DNA of 64,000 bases from Escherichia phage vB_EcoM_Lh1B, in the sequence record OK428535.1; one strand, written 5' to 3'. A model generated the notes under the pieces. That model saw only the letters and a list, made by a program, of their open reading frames with translations. It did no database searches and was not told the DNA's origin. How positions within the stretch are numbered: position 1 is the first letter of the stretch; each line of letters starts with the position of its first letter. Below, piece by piece: positions 34,795-43,653 of this stretch. The position numbers and the translations under genes are program-made.

Positions 34795-37539
34795 ATGGTA
34801 GAAATTCAAATGACTTACACGAGTATGGGGGTACGGGTTGAAGTCCCCATCCGCCAGGCTGAAAGGGCCATACTCGCGTGGGCCGAAGAGAATATGCACG
34901 CCCCAAAGATGGGCAAGCAACATGGACGAATAACCACGGAACGCGGCGATGCGTACTACGCCCACATTCCGTCTTTAAGGACATTCATTTTCCATAAAGT
35001 GTTCGCTGAGAAGATTAAACATATCCTCCAACGGGCAGCAATTGAATACGCTTTTCAGTACAAGCTTACAGAGCACCATCCTGAACGAGGAACACCTTAC
35101 AGCTGTACATTTGATAACTACGGTTTCTCGATGGTAGAAAGCGATCCGGAGTCGCGGTTCTATTATCAGAACGAGGTTGTGGATGCAGCATCCGATCCAA
35201 ACCGACCACAGACAATCTTTGCCATTCAGACAGGGAGAGGAAAATGCTGTGCTCATGGTACGCGTGTGCGTGTACCGGGTGGTTGGAAGAACATTGAGGA
35301 TATACAGCTAGGTGATTACGTTACGGGGCGTGACGGAAAACCAGCAATGGTCTCTGGAGTGTTCCCACAGGGTGTGGTTGACCTGTATCAGGTGACGTTT
35401 TGGGATGGTAGGAGTGTTGACGTATGTGGCGAGCACTTGTGGCAAAGCTACTACGTTAATACCACCGAGAATCGTCGCTGGGGTGTACGTGATACCCTAG
35501 AGATGAAACGTTTAATTTCGATGCCTAATCCACGGGTATACATCCCATTACCAGAACCAGAGGAAATGCCAGCTAAGGATTTTGTCATTCATCCGTATTT
35601 ACTCGGTATCCTCTTGGGTGATGGCTCCCTATCGATGCCTGGTGTTTTATACACCAAAGGCGATGTGGAGATTCGTGACCGTGTTGCTGAGGTCATGCCC
35701 GCTGGACATGCAATCCATGATTCATCGTACAGCGATGGGATAACGAAGTGCATCTCTTGTCCCGGCGGTGTTAACCTTGTCCGCAGAGAGCTTGAGCGGT
35801 TAGGGTTAATTGGCTGCAGGTCTTGGGAAAAGTTCATACCTGGAGATTACTTCGAAACGTCCATCGAACAACGGTGGGAGTTGTTGCGTGGCTTGATGGA
35901 TACTGACGGTACTGTGGATAAGGATGGTGGTACGCCTTCTTTCTGTTCCACCAGTAAAGAATTGGCTTTAGGTGTTCAGGAACTTGTGCGGTCTTTAGGA
36001 GGGATTGCAACACTACGCGAGAAACGTCCGTTCTTCACACACAACGGCGAACGTCGTGAAGGTCGTTTGGCTTATAACGTCTCCATCCGCCACAAAACAC
36101 CATCGAAACTGTTCCACCTTCCAAGGAAGAAAGAACTGTGTCGTGATAACGGACAATACACCGATATACTGAAACTCCGTGTTAAGTCTATCGAACCCAT
36201 TGGTCGTGATCTTGCCACGTGTATTCGTGTCGAGAACGACGATGCGTTGTTTGTGGTGGACAAGTGGATCGTTACGCACAACACCAAGACCTGTATGAAG
36301 TCGATGGTTAAACGGGGAACCCGTACCGCATTGATTCACCGTCCGTCATACGTTCCCAAATGGCTGTTTGACGTCTGTGATGATGAAACAGGACTTCGTA
36401 TACTTCGTGACGAGGTGTTAGTTTGTACAGGCGTACAGGCGATTTACGACGCACTGGAGATGGGTAAGTCGGGAGAGCTAGATAGACGCGGTATTAAGGT
36501 AATAATCCTCCCCACGGTCTCTCTACAGCGTTTCCTGAAGGAGTACATTAACACTGCTGCGACTAACCCTGTGGACCTGGATACGTTTTATGATGTTCTG
36601 GGTGTGGGTCTGGTGGCGATGGATGAGGTGCACGAGCATTTTCACCTCGTTTACATGGCTGGTATAATGTTGAACCCGCCGGCATCGATAGAGATGTCTG
36701 CAACTCTTAAACCGGGTAGCAGTAAAGCCTTTATCGCGGAGCGGTATTTAGAACGTTTCCCAATGGAGTACCGAATCAGTATTCCAATCATTCCGGTGGT
36801 TGACGTGAAAGCGTTGTACTATCGACTGGATGATAAGAAGTTCGCGTGGTGGGCGTCGAAGATGACGCCGTATAACCACAAACTCTTCGAAGGGAAGCTG
36901 ATTAAAGAGAACTTGCATTTAGAATACGCGAACATGATCTGGGATGTGGTTGAGAAATCGTTCCTTAAACGGTATCAACCCGGCCAGAAGTGTTTGCTGC
37001 TATTTGCCACGGTTGCAATGTGTGAGTTCTTTACCGAGTATGTGAAAGATAAGTTATCGCGTGACCCTGTATTCCATCCACTGATGGTGGCGAAATATAA
37101 TGCAGGCGATTCGTATGACGACTTTATCCAAGCAGACTTCTCTATCTCCACACCGGGGAAAGCGGGGACTGCGGTCGATAAACCTGGGTTGGTGCACATG
37201 TACATTTCAACCCCGGTAGAAGACCAGCAACTGAACGAACAGATGGCCGGTCGTCCACGTAAGATTCTCCACAACGAGTGGGGTGAAATAGACCCAACGG
37301 TGTGGTTATTCCATGCGTATAACGTACCGAAGCATTGCAATTACTTGAATGCCCGCCAGAAATCACTCAAGGATGTCGTATTGTCGTTCCGTATCGCGAC
37401 ATCCCCCTACGTTGTAAGGAAATCACATGCTCACTCCGCCGCGTCCAGCAGAGCCACTGCCGCCCTACATCGGAATGACTTTAGCAAGTTTTCTCGAAAA
37501 CATTCTAAAGGCGTATCCCGGCGTAGAAGACGTCGCTAA
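34795..37539 (+). CDS. DExH-box SF2 helicase interrupted by an intein
   Basis: Extein motifs: I AIQTGRGK|T (split by intein), II VAMDEVHEH, III SAT, VI QMAGRPRK; start at ATG 34795 after GAGGGG; 3' end uncertain (overlaps ORF 37427). Confidence 0.75.
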   Translation: MVEIQMTYTSMGVRVEVPIRQAERAILAWAEENMHAPKMGKQHGRITTERGDAYYAHIPSLRTFIFHKVFAEKIKHILQRAAIEYAFQYKLTEHHPERGTPYSCTFDNYGFSMVESDPESRFYYQNEVVDAASDPNRPQTIFAIQTGRGKCCAHGTRVRVPGGWKNIEDIQLGDYVTGRDGKPAMVSGVFPQGVVDLYQVTFWDGRSVDVCGEHLWQSYYVNTTENRRWGVRDTLEMKRLISMPNPRVYIPLPEPEEMPAKDFVIHPYLLGILLGDGSLSMPGVLYTKGDVEIRDRVAEVMPAGHAIHDSSYSDGITKCISCPGGVNLVRRELERLGLIGCRSWEKFIPGDYFETSIEQRWELLRGLMDTDGTVDKDGGTPSFCSTSKELALGVQELVRSLGGIATLREKRPFFTHNGERREGRLAYNVSIRHKTPSKLFHLPRKKELCRDNGQYTDILKLRVKSIEPIGRDLATCIRVENDDALFVVDKWIVTHNTKTCMKSMVKRGTRTALIHRPSYVPKWLFDVCDDETGLRILRDEVLVCTGVQAIYDALEMGKSGELDRRGIKVIILPTVSLQRFLKEYINTAATNPVDLDTFYDVLGVGLVAMDEVHEHFHLVYMAGIMLNPPASIEMSATLKPGSSKAFIAERYLERFPMEYRISIPIIPVVDVKALYYRLDDKKFAWWASKMTPYNHKLFEGKLIKENLHLEYANMIWDVVEKSFLKRYQPGQKCLLLFATVAMCEFFTEYVKDKLSRDPVFHPLMVAKYNAGDSYDDFIQADFSISTPGKAGTAVDKPGLVHMYISTPVEDQQLNEQMAGRPRKILHNEWGEIDPTVWLFHAYNVPKHCNYLNARQKSLKDVVLSFRIATSPYVVRKSHAHSAASSRATAALHRNDFSKFSRKHSKGVSRRRRRR
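35245..36282 (+). mobile_element. intein with LAGLIDADG homing-endonuclease domain, inserted in helicase P-loop
   Basis: Starts with Cys directly after the Walker-A lysine (CCAHGTRVRV...), ends ...VVDKWIVTHN followed by Thr; two LAGLIDADG motifs (YLLGILLGDGS, ELLRGLMDTDGTV); 346 aa. Confidence 0.75.
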
Positions 37540-37810
37540 GAAACTCTGCACCGACGCCACTATCAACCAGGCGTTTCATTACTACATGGTCACTGAACAT
37601 TACAGCGGCCTGTTCCTTAACCAACGCGGGTTGACGTATTACGTCACCCGCACGTCAAGTATCCGTAACACTTCGTCGTACGAGTTATATACGTACGTGT
37701 TGTGGAATGAGAACCCGGCCGGTAGTGTCGATCAGAATCCAAAGATGGCTTATCGTCTTTACTCTGAAAAATGGCACGATTGGGTGACTGTTCCACACGA
37801 TGCAAGTTAA
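37427..37810 (+). CDS. hypothetical protein
   Basis: 127-aa ORF, AAGGAAA upstream; overlaps end of helicase ORF by ~110 nt. Confidence 0.4.
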   Translation: MLTPPRPAEPLPPYIGMTLASFLENILKAYPGVEDVAKKLCTDATINQAFHYYMVTEHYSGLFLNQRGLTYYVTRTSSIRNTSSYELYTYVLWNENPAGSVDQNPKMAYRLYSEKWHDWVTVPHDAS

Positions 37811-37870
37811 TCACGTTTTGGGTGTATATTGTTTATACCCCCAACCCCTAATTGCAAAAGGATTATTACG

Positions 37871-38491
37871 ATGAGTCGTCGCAAAAAGAAACCCGCTTAT
37901 AACCCACGTAAAGACGCACGCGATTTCGTCAAGGCGATGATGCAGTCTGTGTTGAAAAAACAAGCTGTGTTTATCGAAAGTACCGAATTCCTGTCAGGCA
38001 AAATTGATCGGGAGCGTGAAGTAACTGAAGCCATTGCGCACGAAGAGCTGAAAGCTTTCACGTTGAAAGCGCTGGATGAAGCACAAGCGGCATTCCTCGG
38101 CATGTGCCAACAAGGCAAAGAGCTGTTCGGTAAACTGATTGTTGAGGCAGATGCTAAGGCTGTGCCGGTGTTTGACATGCTGAACGATAACAGCAAAACC
38201 TGGAAAGAGGTTAAAGACCAGTTCCACGTCGACCACACCGAGCTGTCTTTGATTGACCAGCGGGCGAATATGCTCGCGATGGATATCCAGGGCACCAGTA
38301 TCGAAATCTTCTCTACGTATAACGCGAAAGTGAAGTTCGTGAAGCAGGCGCTGAATAACGGGCATACCGTGGAACAAGCCGAAGTTCTGTTGGCCGAAGC
38401 TCTGGCTAATAATTCGAAAGAACTCCCTAAAAACGCCATCGTCGATCACAACGACGTTGTAGTAGAAACCGAGGAAGCGGCACATGTCTGA
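37871..38491 (+). CDS. hypothetical protein
   Basis: ATG at 37871 with AAAGGA upstream (MSRRKKKPAY...). Confidence 0.5.
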   Translation: MSRRKKKPAYNPRKDARDFVKAMMQSVLKKQAVFIESTEFLSGKIDREREVTEAIAHEELKAFTLKALDEAQAAFLGMCQQGKELFGKLIVEADAKAVPVFDMLNDNSKTWKEVKDQFHVDHTELSLIDQRANMLAMDIQGTSIEIFSTYNAKVKFVKQALNNGHTVEQAEVLLAEALANNSKELPKNAIVDHNDVVVETEEAAHV

Positions 38492-40454
38492 GATCCAAGA
38501 TCAGCGTCCGGGTAATGCCCGTCNCCCTAATCCCGATCAGCCAGCCCCTGTGGCGGCTGCTACCCAACAAGAGATGATTCTTCCGACCGTGCCTGATGAC
38601 GCGAATCCGGATGCAATCATCATGNCTATTAAACANNNNNACCCCNATTTTNNTTTTGCCCGTGCAGAAGAAGTTTATCACCAACATTATCATCAGCCGG
38701 AGCCTAAGCTCGAGCGTCCGACGTTTGTAGAAGAAGCTTTGCCCGAACCTGCTGCACCGGTACAGCCTGTATCCCAGACCTTCTCTGAACAGGTGCATGA
38801 GCATATTCATCACACCCCAGAACCGGNGGNAGAGAAANCGCCNGNGGNANAACCNNCNCCCCNNCNAAAAACNCCGGNNGGGGGNGNCCCNNNNAACCCG
38901 GGGNNAAAAAAAAAGNAAAACNCNNCNCCNAAGGTTCCGGAANAANAACAGGNCCNNGNGANTNACTTNGGTAANACCCATTTAGCTGAAACCGCCGAAA
39001 TGGGTGAAGATGAAGCTGATCGTATCCTGACACAGTCGAAGATGTTGATTGGTCTGAAACAAGACCCTAACATCATTGCAGACTCTCTGCAAAAGTTCCT
39101 CGGTAACATTAAACGTTCACCGAAAGACGGTCGGCTGCTGTTCGAAAGCCCTGAACAACAACAGGTTTACGACGACATCTATCGTGCTTTGAACATGACA
39201 CCGCCACGTCTACAGGACGGCGTACCGGCATTCGCTGGTGCACTGGACCGTGGTGACACCGCTTGGGAACAGCGTGTGATGTTGCCGGACGGTAAGGCAT
39301 CTGGTGCTATTGCACCGCGTGACAATATGCACACTGGCGCGCTGGCTGCTTTGCGTCGTGTACGTAAGTCGGGTATTCCGAACATGGTTTGGCTGCCGGC
39401 CACAGGTATCTACGTGNGCTTCCNCGCACCACATGAACGCGACCTTTGTGACTTCGACATGCGTCTAACACTGGAAACTGCGACCATCGGTATGCAGACC
39501 TACGGATTGATGCTGTCGTCGTCTTCTGGCGTGTACATGCGTCACATGGTTGAATTCGCACTTCAGTTTGTTACCGAAGCAACCATCGATTGTGCAGGTA
39601 ACGATCTGCGTACGGTGCTGTTGGATACCATTGATCTGGCTGACTACTGGCTGGTTATTCTGGGTCCGTTGCAGGCGAAGTGGCCGTCTGGTATTCCATG
39701 GACGCTGATGTGTGGCGAAGACGGTTGCACTCAGCAGGAAGATGTGAAGCTGAATATCGCACGTTGTATCCGTTTTGGTTCCGGTCTGTTTAGCGACCTG
39801 CAGAAANAACNGTGGGNACGTCAGCGCGGTACTGAGCGTCCAGTGATTTCTATTGCTGAACAGCGCGAATATATCGCGGCGCATCAGGTTGACCCATCCT
39901 CGGTATTTGAATACCACGACGTGCGTGTTGAATTTGGCCGTTCTACCCTGGGTAGCTTCTTTGACTCCACCGAGAAGTGGATTGAAGACGTTAACGCGTC
40001 AACTACGGCAGCGCTGTCTGAATTTGCTACCGAGCGTGAACGTGAATCCCATATGCGTTTAACTGCGGAAGCCCGTCGCTTAACGCGCTACGCTCACATG
40101 GTGAAATCTATCACTGTTAATGAGCAACGTGAAGTAAACGGTGAAATGCAGGTTATCCCACAAACTGAAACCGACACAGCGAAAATCGTTGAGATGCTGG
40201 AAGAGCTGTCTTCCGACCGTATCTACGTTGGTCAGTTTGAAAACGCGATTGCTGAATACAACGAACGTACACGTTTAGCGGTATTCGGTTACATGGGTAA
40301 ACGCTGCCCGGCGTGCGGTAAAACACACGGCGAGAAAGACGGTCTGTATCGCGGTATTGTTACCATCTCACCGGACAGGGTTTTTTTCGTGCTCTCTCGA
40401 GTGGTGTCCGAGATTCAGAAATTCTTGCTGGATCAATACGCCGATATTGGCTAG
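38484..40454 (+). CDS. hypothetical protein; Pro/Glu/Lys-rich low-complexity N-region, C-terminal CPACG zinc-ribbon-like motif
   Basis: 656-aa ORF; frame through 38521..38990 is provisional because of many N calls. Confidence 0.45.
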   Translation: MSEIQDQRPGNARXPNPDQPAPVAAATQQEMILPTVPDDANPDAIIMXIKXXXPXFXFARAEEVYHQHYHQPEPKLERPTFVEEALPEPAAPVQPVSQTFSEQVHEHIHHTPEPXXEKXXXXXXXPXXKXPXGXXXXNPGXKKKXNXXXKVPEXXQXXXXXXGXTHLAETAEMGEDEADRILTQSKMLIGLKQDPNIIADSLQKFLGNIKRSPKDGRLLFESPEQQQVYDDIYRALNMTPPRLQDGVPAFAGALDRGDTAWEQRVMLPDGKASGAIAPRDNMHTGALAALRRVRKSGIPNMVWLPATGIYVXFXAPHERDLCDFDMRLTLETATIGMQTYGLMLSSSSGVYMRHMVEFALQFVTEATIDCAGNDLRTVLLDTIDLADYWLVILGPLQAKWPSGIPWTLMCGEDGCTQQEDVKLNIARCIRFGSGLFSDLQKXXWXRQRGTERPVISIAEQREYIAAHQVDPSSVFEYHDVRVEFGRSTLGSFFDSTEKWIEDVNASTTAALSEFATERERESHMRLTAEARRLTRYAHMVKSITVNEQREVNGEMQVIPQTETDTAKIVEMLEELSSDRIYVGQFENAIAEYNERTRLAVFGYMGKRCPACGKTHGEKDGLYRGIVTISPDRVFFVLSRVVSEIQKFLLDQYADIG

Positions 40455-40498
40455 ACCAGGAAGACGTTCCGTCCGAGCAAATCATTACAACGCTCAAG

Positions 40499-40870
40499 AT
40501 GGATACCACCTCTCTCTTCAAGCAGCGTAGCACACGTCCTATTACGTATCAGGAAGCCCATAACGAGCTTCTGGAAGCGTATGACCGTACACTGGCTCTT
40601 AATACCGGCGACCATCAGGTAGGGTTGTCAGATTTTGAAAACCCGGTATACGGTAGTCTTTACGATATCTGGTACGCCACTTACTTACGTGAAGAGGTCG
40701 GTGAAAACTACCGGATGTCGATAGACGAGTTCCTCGACCGTCCCCNCTGGCAGATACTNCTNATGCNCGACAATGCCCGTCGCCCCAATGNGTTTTTCCC
40801 CAAANCCGGGGAATACGCGGCGGGTAAACGCGGGCAAAAGGAGCCGGATAAATATATGACGGGATATTAA
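40499..40870 (+). CDS. hypothetical protein
   Basis: 123-aa ORF, weak ribosome-binding site, contains N calls. Confidence 0.3.
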   Translation: MDTTSLFKQRSTRPITYQEAHNELLEAYDRTLALNTGDHQVGLSDFENPVYGSLYDIWYATYLREEVGENYRMSIDEFLDRPXWQIXXMXDNARRPNXFFPKXGEYAAGKRGQKEPDKYMTGY

Positions 40871-40879
40871 AANAAATTN

Positions 40880-40908
40880 GGGGNTTCGGCCCCGTTTTCT
40901 TTTTTTTA
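40880..40908 (+). terminator. rho-independent terminator
   Basis: Hairpin GGGGnTTCGGCCCC then T-run (contains N). Confidence 0.55.
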
Positions 40909-40950
40909 TTCGCCTTGGTATGAATGCCCTTTTCACTATGGAACAGAGCC

Positions 40951-41808
40951 ATGATTGATATTTATACCGACTATGCGGCTGTATTGACAGTCAACCGTCA
41001 CGAAGGTCGTGCAGCACCGATGCTAGATTTAGTGACGCTCGGTATGGATTACGGTTACGATGTGGCGTTATCCGATGTTTATAGCAACCCGTTGTCTGAC
41101 CCTGCGGACGAAACTGTTCGTCTGGAATCCATTATCGTGAAGGTAGCGGTTGGGTTAGGCAACCGCCTCGGTATCGGACTTAATCCACAAATCGTCTTCC
41201 AGAAACCGAAAGAAACCGTACGTATCCTTCACGGTGTGTTGGAAGCCTTCGAAGAGTTCGAAGACAGTGATGCCCTTTACGGGATTGTCTCCTCTGGTGA
41301 GACACCAGAGTATATCCTGGAGAACATGTGTCGTTATGTTTACGGTGACGAAAACCTGCACTTCGAAGACCTGATTACTGTTGTCAGCCCACGCGTGCTT
41401 ACCGTGATGGAAAACTTCTTAGCGGCAGAGTCGTTGGAAAGCCAGAAAAGAAATGGCGATGATGAGCGCCAAGAGCGTATCGTCACTTACTTGCGGTTGT
41501 TCCCTGAGAACCCGTCAGCGTTTGTCTTTATGAATCTGCCTGCTGAACCAGACTTAACAGTGGTGCAACAATCGTTAGAATTTCGCGTAGAAGACATTAG
41601 CGAAATTGATTTGCTGACGATGTATGCGGTAGGTTTATCGATTATTCCTCATGCGGAGTTTGACGGGGCTTACGGTGACTTAGAAAAGAACCTTGCCTTG
41701 TTGAACGTCGACAACGTCCCGCCTGGAGAAATCTTGCGGAAAGGATTGGAAGCGTTGAAAGTCATATACGCTAGTGGGGTCGCGGAGGTAGATGATGAAC
41801 AAGATTGA
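40951..41808 (+). CDS. hypothetical acidic protein
   Basis: ORF; start ambiguous between 40924 and 40951. Confidence 0.45.
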   Translation: MIDIYTDYAAVLTVNRHEGRAAPMLDLVTLGMDYGYDVALSDVYSNPLSDPADETVRLESIIVKVAVGLGNRLGIGLNPQIVFQKPKETVRILHGVLEAFEEFEDSDALYGIVSSGETPEYILENMCRYVYGDENLHFEDLITVVSPRVLTVMENFLAAESLESQKRNGDDERQERIVTYLRLFPENPSAFVFMNLPAEPDLTVVQQSLEFRVEDISEIDLLTMYAVGLSIIPHAEFDGAYGDLEKNLALLNVDNVPPGEILRKGLEALKVIYASGVAEVDDEQD

Positions 41809-43090
41809 TTATCTGGTTGCTGCGTGTAAAGCAGAAGCTTGGCGTAGACTGGTGTGGCGTATTGCGGTTTTCAACGTGGCCATCTTTAATGAAAAAGGTG
41901 AGCCACCTGAGCAATACGACCTGAACTACATTGACGGCTTACCCCACTACTGGGAAAACGAAGAAACCAAGTGGGTGCCGATTGAAGGGTGCAAAAAAGA
42001 TGAAGAGCTGTTCGTGCCGGAAGAGCAGTTTGAATTGCGTCCTGAGATGTACCCAGGTTTAGCTGGTCCCATTCCAACTACTGTGGGTCGCTATGTCTTT
42101 AACTGGATTGCTATCTACTATGCTTTCGGTACCCGTCTCCCGTATCTGGCAGAGTCTCGTGACCCGCTAGCCTACCGTAAAGAGATGTATGAGCGTTGTG
42201 TGGAATATGATGACACCGATCCAGACAACGAAGACGCGATTCGACCGTACATGATAGGACGCTTTGTAGGGGGTCTGCACGAGCTTGCTCCGTTGTGTCG
42301 TGGGATTGCCCCAACAGGAACTATTAGAAGCCTTACAACGCATCCTGACGCGTATAAGGTACGAGATGCGTTGCTGTTGAAGCACAAAGACGAACTGGAT
42401 AACCCTGCGGTTATCGTTATGATTGAAAAAGCTCTCGACGAACTTGATAAAGAGTGGTTGAGTGGCGACCAGTCCGTTGAGTTCTACAGCTCTCCTAAAG
42501 CGCGTATGCGTCGCCGTAAGCTGATGCTGATGTACGGTATTCAGACCGCTTTTAAAGAAGGTGCAGATTTTACCTTAATCCCAACGAGCCTGATGGAAGT
42601 TGATCAGACCGGGATGAAGTATCTGGTAGAGAAATTCAATGATACGCGAGAAGGTTCCTTCATGCGTGGTGCAGAAACTGCCAAGGGCGGGGAGCAAGTA
42701 CGTATCATCCAGATGATTTTCCAGAACCACAAAATCGTGCCTGGGGATTGCGGGACAAAACTGACACATGCACTTGTAATTAACCAGTATAACTACAAGC
42801 GTTATGTTGGCATGAACGCGATGATTAACGGTAAAGTTACCCAACTTACTGAAGAGTATTTGAAAACGCAATTTGGTAAAGTTGTTCGACTCCGCCGACC
42901 CATCTTATGTCAGCAAGGTCACGTAGACTGTTGNGCGGCGTGCGCCTCTGCACACAAAGCAGAAGAGCCACGGGCAATCGCTGCGGATATCTCTTCCGGC
43001 TTCTCGAACGTTATGACCACTGCAATGGGTGCGATGCACGGTCGCGAAACCGTGGTTAAAGAGTACATCCCTAAATTCCACATCACCTAA
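41792..43090 (+). CDS. hypothetical protein
   Basis: 432-aa ORF, GGAGG upstream. Confidence 0.5.
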   Translation: MMNKIDYLVAACKAEAWRRLVWRIAVFNVAIFNEKGEPPEQYDLNYIDGLPHYWENEETKWVPIEGCKKDEELFVPEEQFELRPEMYPGLAGPIPTTVGRYVFNWIAIYYAFGTRLPYLAESRDPLAYRKEMYERCVEYDDTDPDNEDAIRPYMIGRFVGGLHELAPLCRGIAPTGTIRSLTTHPDAYKVRDALLLKHKDELDNPAVIVMIEKALDELDKEWLSGDQSVEFYSSPKARMRRRKLMLMYGIQTAFKEGADFTLIPTSLMEVDQTGMKYLVEKFNDTREGSFMRGAETAKGGEQVRIIQMIFQNHKIVPGDCGTKLTHALVINQYNYKRYVGMNAMINGKVTQLTEEYLKTQFGKVVRLRRPILCQQGHVDCXAACASAHKAEEPRAIAADISSGFSNVMTTAMGAMHGRETVVKEYIPKFHIT

Positions 43091-43103
43091 GGATTGTTTC
43101 CTC

Positions 43104-43604
43104 ATGACTAAGAAAGACACTACTACCCTTGACCCGCGTACAGAAGGCGTGGTCCGTGATAGCGCTTCTTACAGCAACGACGACCAATATCATGTTAAAC
43201 TGATCACCACAATGCTTGATGAAGCAGGTAACAATGCCGGCCCACGTAAAGCATCTGGTACCCAGGCTGAGAAAGATGCGTATAATAAGCTGCATCACTC
43301 TTTCCGTGAGCTGTTTAAACTGCGCGGTCAGGCCTTCCTGGACGGTTTCTACGCCTTTGTAGAAGCGGCTAATAAGCACCGTAACGGTATTTTCTACGCA
43401 CCGGCTGCTAATAACCGTATCAGTGAGAACTTCCCGAATCGTGACGAGCGTGAAGTCTTCGTTATCTTTATTAACATGCTGATTCGTTACGCACGTTGCG
43501 CCGATAAAGGCCGTTTCCGTGATACCAACGATGTTGACCGTCTGGCTCGTCGCCTGAACGACCCGGACCTGCGTTCGCTGGTTATGCACGCCTTTGGCGG
43601 TTAA
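43104..43604 (+). CDS. hypothetical protein, probably highly expressed
   Basis: ATG at 43104 after TAAGGA; CGT/CTG-rich optimal codons; followed by strong terminator. Confidence 0.55.
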   Translation: MTKKDTTTLDPRTEGVVRDSASYSNDDQYHVKLITTMLDEAGNNAGPRKASGTQAEKDAYNKLHHSFRELFKLRGQAFLDGFYAFVEAANKHRNGIFYAPAANNRISENFPNRDEREVFVIFINMLIRYARCADKGRFRDTNDVDRLARRLNDPDLRSLVMHAFGG

Positions 43605-43607
43605 ATA

Positions 43608-43652
43608 AAAGTACCTCTCTACCCTAGGGTAGAGAGGCCTTTCTTTTTTTGT
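43608..43652. terminator. bidirectional terminator between convergent genes
   Basis: Hairpin CCTCTCTACCC-TA-GGGTAGAGAGG with A-run before and T-run after. Confidence 0.7.
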
Positions 43653-43653
43653 T

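Noticed and set aside
37897-38485. Two overlapping minus-strand ORFs (180 and 163 aa) opposite ORF 37871..38491
   Set aside because: Antisense to a plus-strand gene with a good ribosome-binding site, and they overlap each other in different frames; no start context.
38521-38990. Diversity-generating retroelement (DGR) variable region as the cause of the N cluster
   Set aside because: N calls are not restricted to adenine positions, they sit in homopolymer/low-complexity sequence, and no reverse-transcriptase gene or template repeat is visible in the window.
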